Positions 58,123 through 64,000 of a DNA stretch of 64,000 nucleotides are shown one piece after another. The notes under the pieces are model-generated. The model ran no database searches, was not told the origin of the DNA, and saw nothing but the letters and a program-made list of their open reading frames with translations. The stretch comes from Rhynchopus sp. YZ270_cl-10 (taxonomy: Eukaryota). The translations under genes were made by a program, and so were the position numbers. The first letter of the stretch is position 1, and the number at the start of each line of letters is the position of its first letter. The stretch is from contig OZ037841.1 in assembly GCA_964035575.1 (NCBI GenBank), forward strand, positions 1,302,001 to 1,366,000, in the 5' to 3' direction.

Positions 58123-59568
58123 ATGGCCTTCAACCCGTTCGATGCATTTGGACCGACACCACCGCCTGCTCTCTCTCTCTACGAGGGAGCAGATGGACAC
58201 ATACAAAACGGTGCAACAAACGGACACACAGACAACGGAACAGCAGACGAACACACACAGAACGGCGCAACTGACGGACACACACAAGCAGAAGAACACA
58301 TAGACAACGGCGCAACTGACGGACACACACAAGCAGACACACAAAGCGGCCCAACAAACGATGGCGAAGGAGACGGCTTCAACGAGATTTTGCTTGCCAC
58401 ACAGCAGCAGAGGGCAGAGAAGTTGCACACAGTCGCCACGACATTGCCGAAATGGCGCCTGTCGATTGTGTTTGCCCCAGGGGTGTGCCTCAAGAAATGC
58501 GTAGACGAGGTCAAGAACAGCAAGCCCTTATTGGTCCAGACCCCCGCCAACATGACCGCACTGCACAACAAGGTGGACGAGGTGATAAAAGCAAGGAGGT
58601 GGATCGCTGGGGCGAAAAAGTTTGATTTTTCTGCTTTTCGTTTTAAACAGGGACAAGAGGGGGAATGGGAGGAAGTTTTGGGGACTGAACTTTGGGAGCA
58701 CGTGGCTGGATGTGATACACAAATTTGTGTGGAGGTCACTGTGAACCACGTTAGGAGCACGTCTTCCGCCCAGAGGGCAAACAGCGTTGCGGAAGCCAAC
58801 GCCGGGGGGAAGGTTAAAAAAACCCTGTCTGTGGCAAGTTACACGTCCCAACTTTGGGAACAGCTCGCCGACTCTGAGGTACTCGGAGAGTACTGGTCAA
58901 ACATTTTTTCCCCGGTTACCGCCACACAGCTCCAGTGCTACCACTGCAATGTGGTTTTCACGCCAACTCGTCAGAGAGATGGTCATGTTGAGTTTGCTAC
59001 CAAACTCCGAGCACATGTGGATGTTCACGCCAGGGAACTGGCAAAGACTTCGCTTGCCCGAGGAGCGGCTGTTCAGGCAGCTGCAACTCTGACCAGGCGC
59101 GAGGTTTCATGTGCAGACTTGTCTGCTACCCCTCTTGATGTTGCAGGCATCACCCTCCAAGAGGGTAAAAAGCTTCCCGTCTCCAAAATGGAGGCTCAAG
59201 CTGCTATTGCAGCTATGTTCGATGTGGCAAACCCAGTTTTGCCTTTCGAGGAAGCGCTGAAGCTTGCCCAGGAGGAGAACAGACCCAAGCATTTAGTAAT
59301 GCTTGCGGCTGACAATCCTCACAGCAAGGCCGTTCGTGCTAAGCTCGAGCGCCGAGTGCTTGCCGCTGAAGGAACAAGAGCTGTTGCGAAGCGGAAGCGT
59401 GATCGCGAAGAGGAGAACCAGGCTGATGTCCGCGCCAAGCGTTCCAAGAGAGCCAAGAAGCCAGCCGCTAAAGCGGCTGCTAAACCGGCTGCTAAACCGG
59501 CTGCTAAACCGGCTGCTAAACCGGCTGCTAAAGCGGCCGCTAAACCAGCCGCTAAGAGAACAAGGTAA
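58123..59568 (+). CDS. Unknown protein: DNGATDGHTQ repeats, possible C2H2-like finger, (KPAA)n tail
   Basis: 481-aa ATG ORF; CYHC-x22-HVDVH; KKPAAKAAAKPAAKPAAKPAAK. Confidence 0.65.
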   Translation: MAFNPFDAFGPTPPPALSLYEGADGHIQNGATNGHTDNGTADEHTQNGATDGHTQAEEHIDNGATDGHTQADTQSGPTNDGEGDGFNEILLATQQQRAEKLHTVATTLPKWRLSIVFAPGVCLKKCVDEVKNSKPLLVQTPANMTALHNKVDEVIKARRWIAGAKKFDFSAFRFKQGQEGEWEEVLGTELWEHVAGCDTQICVEVTVNHVRSTSSAQRANSVAEANAGGKVKKTLSVASYTSQLWEQLADSEVLGEYWSNIFSPVTATQLQCYHCNVVFTPTRQRDGHVEFATKLRAHVDVHARELAKTSLARGAAVQAAATLTRREVSCADLSATPLDVAGITLQEGKKLPVSKMEAQAAIAAMFDVANPVLPFEEALKLAQEENRPKHLVMLAADNPHSKAVRAKLERRVLAAEGTRAVAKRKRDREEENQADVRAKRSKRAKKPAAKAAAKPAAKPAAKPAAKPAAKAAAKPAAKRTR

Positions 59569-59569
59569 C

Positions 59570-59601
<32 letters not shown>

Positions 59602-59629
59602 AAAAAAGATATTACTGGGGGTAACTAGT

Positions 59630-59880
59630 TTTACATTTTTTCCCGGTTACCTTGTTCTCTTAGCGGCTGGTTTAGTGGCCGCCTTTGAGTCTGGTTTGGC
59701 GTCTGCCTGAGCAGCTTTCTTGACACGCTTGCAGCGGACATCGTTCTCCTCTTCGCGCTCACGCGTCCGCCCCGCAACTTTTCTTGTTCCTTCAGCGGCC
59801 AGTACTTGTGCCCTCTTGGAGGGTGATGCCTGCAACATCAAGAGGGGGTACAGACAAGTCTGCACATGAAACCTCGCGCT
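59630..59880 (-). pseudogene. Inverted, internally deleted copy of the 3' part of the 58123 gene
   Basis: Peptide VLAAEGTRKVA..REREEEND..KPAAKRTR; also contains the reverse complement of about 59097-59165. Confidence 0.85.
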
Positions 59881-60018
59881 AAACTGGCCGCGAAGAGAAC
59901 AAGGTAACCGGGGAAAAATATTTTTGAAAAAATAGATTCAGTCAGAGGGTATAACTTCACGACGGTGAAGTAAATGACATTAATTATGGACATCTTTTTT
60001 TTTTCTTTTTTTGTATGT

Positions 60019-60653
60019 CTATATTGGGGTGATTTGGGGTCTTTTTTTTTCAGGACAATTCAGTGACAATTTCACTACCGATTCACATAAATCCACAAAA
60101 ATCCACACAAATTCACTGATGATGTACTTATGTACAGTGTTCATTTTCTTTTGAGTACGACAATGCGCTGCTGAACCGTCTCCACCCTCGCTGCGTGAGG
60201 ACGGCACCCCCTCCGAGGCCATAACCGTCCTGGTTTTTGTTCTCACTGTTCTCTGTGGTCACAGAAACCCCATAGCTTCTTCAGTACATTGGTGTTTCCA
60301 GTCAAAACACCACAATTTCATGCCAAGTTGGGTTTTCAGACTGAAATGACCTTGTTTACGGTATGGGTTCATATTTTGTGAAATGTAAGTCACTCAATTT
60401 TTGTCCATCTATCCGAATATGCCCCACCACAGCGCGGGATTGGCTCGGAAATGCCACAAAACACTGTTTTTTCACCCCAGACGTAACTATTTGAGGTGCG
60501 TTTTTTGGCCCGAAACACGATTTTTCAGATTTTTTTCCAAAAGTTAGCGCGAAGCCTGTGTCTTCTTCATAAATTCACAAAAAATCACAAAACCTGCACT
60601 AGCGTTTCGTGAATTGTCCTGAAAAAAAAGACCCCAAATCACCCCATATATAG
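60019..60653. mobile_element. About 630-bp TIR element
   Basis: TGGGGTGATTTGGGGTCTTTTTTTTTCAGGACAATTCA / TGAATTGTCCTGAAAAAAAAGACCCCAAATCACCCCA. Confidence 0.8.
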
Positions 60654-60994
60654 CAAAAATACTTTACAAGTGCAATCCTTCGTACAAAGCAACTTATCAC
60701 TCTGCACGCGTACTTTTTTTTGAGATAAATAAAGGGTGAAATAAAGATTGATTGCGAGATTTTGGGACGGAGTTATTTGTGCTGGAAACAACAATTTATC
60801 AAAAAAAAAATGCCCCCACAGCGGCCAGGGCTCACATTATGTGTCAACCCGCTCAACGAGTTAAAGAGGTACCAGTCGGATCGCAAGACCCGGGTAGCCC
60901 ACACAGAACAACACGTGCCGCCAGGGCTAGTAACAACAGGCCTCCGCTAGGTACTAAAGTTCTGTTGATTGTCAACAGAACTTTTTGAAAATGG

Positions 60995-61027
<33 letters not shown>

Positions 61028-61452
61028 CTGCTGAGTGGTTCAGACCCGTTCTACCTGTCAAAAAAGCTCGGGAGAAGAAGATATGGAGAGGTGAGTGCTC
61101 AAACGTCCCAAAAAAGTCAAAATCGGGTGTTAGAAAAAAAAAAAAAGTTGCGTACCGTGCGCCTGCGGCGCGAGCAGGTACCCACTAACGTGGACCATCA
61201 ACAGAACTTTTTCAAAATCGGAAATCCTAGCGGAGAGCGTGAGTAACAAGCAAAAAAAAAAAAAAAAAATCAGCACACGCGGGCAAGAACACTATATATT
61301 TCGTGAGCGTAAAGGAGGACCTACGAGACTCTTTACAAATTAAAAAGCAGACAGACTTCTAAAAATTACAGGCCCGGGAGTGGAAGCGAGTGGATGACTG
61401 CAATGCAACAAACGGTCGTGATCTGATCAAGCGGAACGGATATATTTTTGAG

Positions 61453-62150
61453 GTGCTTGGCTTCGTACGCTCTCACACGGAACGTTTGCTTGATCGCCGT
61501 CGAAGACTCTGTTCCATCTCGGTCACTGTGTGCACTGCCAAACGAGTCGCGGTCAATGCCAATACCGTATTCTCCAAGACGTTGAAGCGCAGCTGTGAAG
61601 GCCGACTCGAAGTGAATTGCGTCGTGTGCCTGTTTTGCTCCGACAAACAATACATGCTCTTTCAACACGTCATCAGTGCTCACAAAACGAGCCGTCAAGT
61701 GCAGGTGCGAACGATTCCGACTTGCTGCAGCTGCGTCTGACTCGATCCCCGGTATCTCGCTACCACCGACTTTCTACGAACCAAAGGCACGGCGGACGAA
61801 AACACAGTCCCGCAAAAAGAGTTCGCGAAGCCCCAATACGCGGGATTCTCTTTTTGACAGCTTCCTGGTGCACCCCATGGCGTCAAGCAACTCGTTCACA
61901 GCTGCCATTGCGGTGGAGAAACACATGTAGCACAACAATATGCGCAAGAACTCTTCCGCGTAACCCAAAAGCGAGGAGGCAATCATCGCCATACTCAATC
62001 CAAGTATCATCGTACCGCACCTCAAATGTAAGAACCCCAAATCCGAGAATGCGCAACTCTCTCTTAACGCTTTTCAATCGCATCATCTATTTCGCACGTA
62101 ATTGTACAACGGGACAATATAATGATTTTGTCAACTAGTTATCTGATTGT
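61453..62150 (-). pseudogene. About 700-bp inverted pseudogenised copy of the 5' part of the 62295 ORF
   Basis: Reverse complement of 62262-63011 with ATG>TTG, TGG>TAG and small deletions. Confidence 0.92.
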
Positions 62151-62294
62151 AATAGTGCAAACCCGTAAATTACCAACAAAAAAGATCTCGGTAGGTGAAA
62201 AAAAAAAAAAAAGATTATCATCCCATTATTTTTTGCACTACCTCCTATGTATCACACCATCACAATCAGATAACTAGTTGACAAAATTATTATA

Positions 62295-64000
62295 ATGTCC
62301 CGTTGTACAATTACGTGCGAAATAGATGATGTCATTTTTGTCATGCGATCGAAAAGCGTTACTTGCCTCAAGAGAGAGTTGCGCATTCTCGGATTTGGGG
62401 TTCTTACATTTGAGGTGCGGTACGATGATACTTGGATTGAGTATGGCGATGATTGCCTCCTCGATTTTAGTTCAGCTCGAGTTAAGCTGAACCGGTTGGG
62501 TTACGCGGAAGAGTTCTTGCGCATATTGTTGTGCTACATGTGTTTCTCCACCGCAATGGCAGCTGTGAACGAGTTGCTTGACGCCATGGGGTGCACCAGG
62601 AAGCTGTCAAAAAGAGAATCCCGCGTATTGGGGCTTCGCGAACTCTTTTTGCGGGACTGTGTTTTCGTCCGCCGTGCCTTTGGTTCGTGGAAAGTCGGTG
62701 GTAGCGAGATACCGGGGATCGAGTCAGACGCAGCTGCAGCAAGTCGGAATCGTTCGCACCTGCACTTGACGGCTCGTTTTGTGAGCACTGATGACGTGTT
62801 GAAAGAGCATGTATTGTTTGTCGGAGCAAAACAGGCACACGACGCAATTCACTTCGAGTCGGCCTTCACAGCTGCGCTTCAACGTCTTGGAGAATACGGT
62901 ATTGGCATTGACCGCGACTCGTTTGGCAGTGCACACAGTGACCGAGGTGGAACAGAGTCTTCGACGGCGATCAAGCAAACGTTCCGTGTGAGAGCGTACG
63001 AAGCCAAGCACCGCGTGAGCAGCATTTTTGAATATATCTGTACCAGAAATGGATGGCTAGTTCGTGACGGTCAGACCGCGAGCACTCTCTCCCATCATGT
63101 GGTACTGTGGGCACTGTTTTGGGCGGCAAACGAATCGCTCAAAGCTTGGCTTTTGCGGTACCACGATCTGCATATCAGCAGTGACCTTCTGTGGGAGAAA
63201 GCAGCAGGAGTACGCTTTGGCGGCGTCGGGGCTGCTTCTGTCATTGCCTGTCATCCAGTTAATGGTAAAACTCTTCTTGAATGGACTTTAAAATACGTAG
63301 AGCTCTTTCCCAGAGGGCACGGACAAGGATCTTCGGTCTCTAAGTTTCTGGTGTACTTCGACTCACAAAAAATATCCGAAGTGAAGAGAATGCATGACGC
63401 ATACAACCTCACCTTTTGTGGATCGGCAGAGCGCGCTTCGAACATCACTAGGAGTAAAGAGAGAACGTTGAGAACATTAGTTTCGTTTTGGACTGAACTT
63501 GCATCGAAGTTTGCTCACGTGTATCAGAATCCTCAAGACGTACTTCACAACGGCCGTGTCGTCAAGAACGCGTGGCTTGACGCAGATGTCACGAGAGTAC
63601 AGGAAGACGCAGTTGGGCGAAAGGTGTCGCTCTCGAAGGTTGTTTCTCCTTTGCTGAACCCGTCTTCTTTTCTGTGGCAAAACACCGAGACTTCTCGTTC
63701 GCAGATCCCATCTGATCTCCTTGGTGGGGGGTATCGTGAGTTCCTTCCTTGCAAGGGCAGGAGGCCGAACGATTATTCCGCTCCCCTGGAACTGCCAACT
63801 GATTCTGACACGAGCACTCCTGTGGGATTCGTCCGGGAAATGGCGTTCAGGGCACTCCTCATCACCCTCCGAGAGTTGGACGATTTCTGCAACTTCAAGG
63901 AAGAAGACTTGGACGTGAGACTTCCTCACAACTTTTCTCCTGAAGTCTCGGAGGGCGTTTGTTCAACAATACGTAAAGTGTTGGCAAACGTGGGTCACAT
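62295..64000 (+). CDS. Unknown protein, at least 568 codons, truncated by the window edge (absent from the ORF track)
   Basis: Manual translation from ATG 62295, MSRCTITCEIDDVIFVMRSKSV..STIRKVLANVGH, meets no stop. Confidence 0.75.
   Translation, partial: MSRCTITCEIDDVIFVMRSKSVTCLKRELRILGFGVLTFEVRYDDTWIEYGDDCLLDFSSARVKLNRLGYAEEFLRILLCYMCFSTAMAAVNELLDAMGCTRKLSKRESRVLGLRELFLRDCVFVRRAFGSWKVGGSEIPGIESDAAAASRNRSHLHLTARFVSTDDVLKEHVLFVGAKQAHDAIHFESAFTAALQRLGEYGIGIDRDSFGSAHSDRGGTESSTAIKQTFRVRAYEAKHRVSSIFEYICTRNGWLVRDGQTASTLSHHVVLWALFWAANESLKAWLLRYHDLHISSDLLWEKAAGVRFGGVGAASVIACHPVNGKTLLEWTLKYVELFPRGHGQGSSVSKFLVYFDSQKISEVKRMHDAYNLTFCGSAERASNITRSKERTLRTLVSFWTELASKFAHVYQNPQDVLHNGRVVKNAWLDADVTRVQEDAVGRKVSLSKVVSPLLNPSSFLWQNTETSRSQIPSDLLGGGYREFLPCKGRRPNDYSAPLELPTDSDTSTPVGFVREMAFRALLITLRELDDFCNFKEEDLDVRLPHNFSPEVSEGVCSTIRKVLANVGH

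Overview
Eukaryotic (protist-like) genomic DNA; no prokaryotic operons or CRISPR arrays were seen. Bases 1-20.9 kb contain no intact gene and hold nested non-autonomous TIR elements (6- and 9-bp TSDs), 7-8-mer tandem arrays, a 1.5-kb duplication, and Crypton-like and Helitron-like remnants. From 21 kb to the end are 13 almost intronless genes, all on the + strand: GH3 beta-xylosidase, degenerate GH47 mannosidase, DUF4246-like protein with inserted ankyrins, PhyH dioxygenase, EF-hand mitochondrial carrier, Ubl-LRR, two Ubl-beta-propeller genes, HIT protein (one GT-AG intron), protein kinase, a 1745-aa ANK-ART-NACHT-pentapeptide-WD40 protein, a KPAA-tail protein, and an ORF missing from the track that runs off the right edge. 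An orphan 28S rRNA fragment lies near 45 kb. Best leads: (1) an NLR-like STAND protein with an intact R-S-E ADP-ribosyltransferase domain near a cluster of ubiquitin-like-headed repeat proteins, a possible immune island; (2) a dispersed, co-oriented intergenic hairpin family with apparent covariation; (3) two genes abutted by inverted pseudogenised copies of their own ends. All calls come from reading motifs by eye; no searches were run and the organism is not identified.
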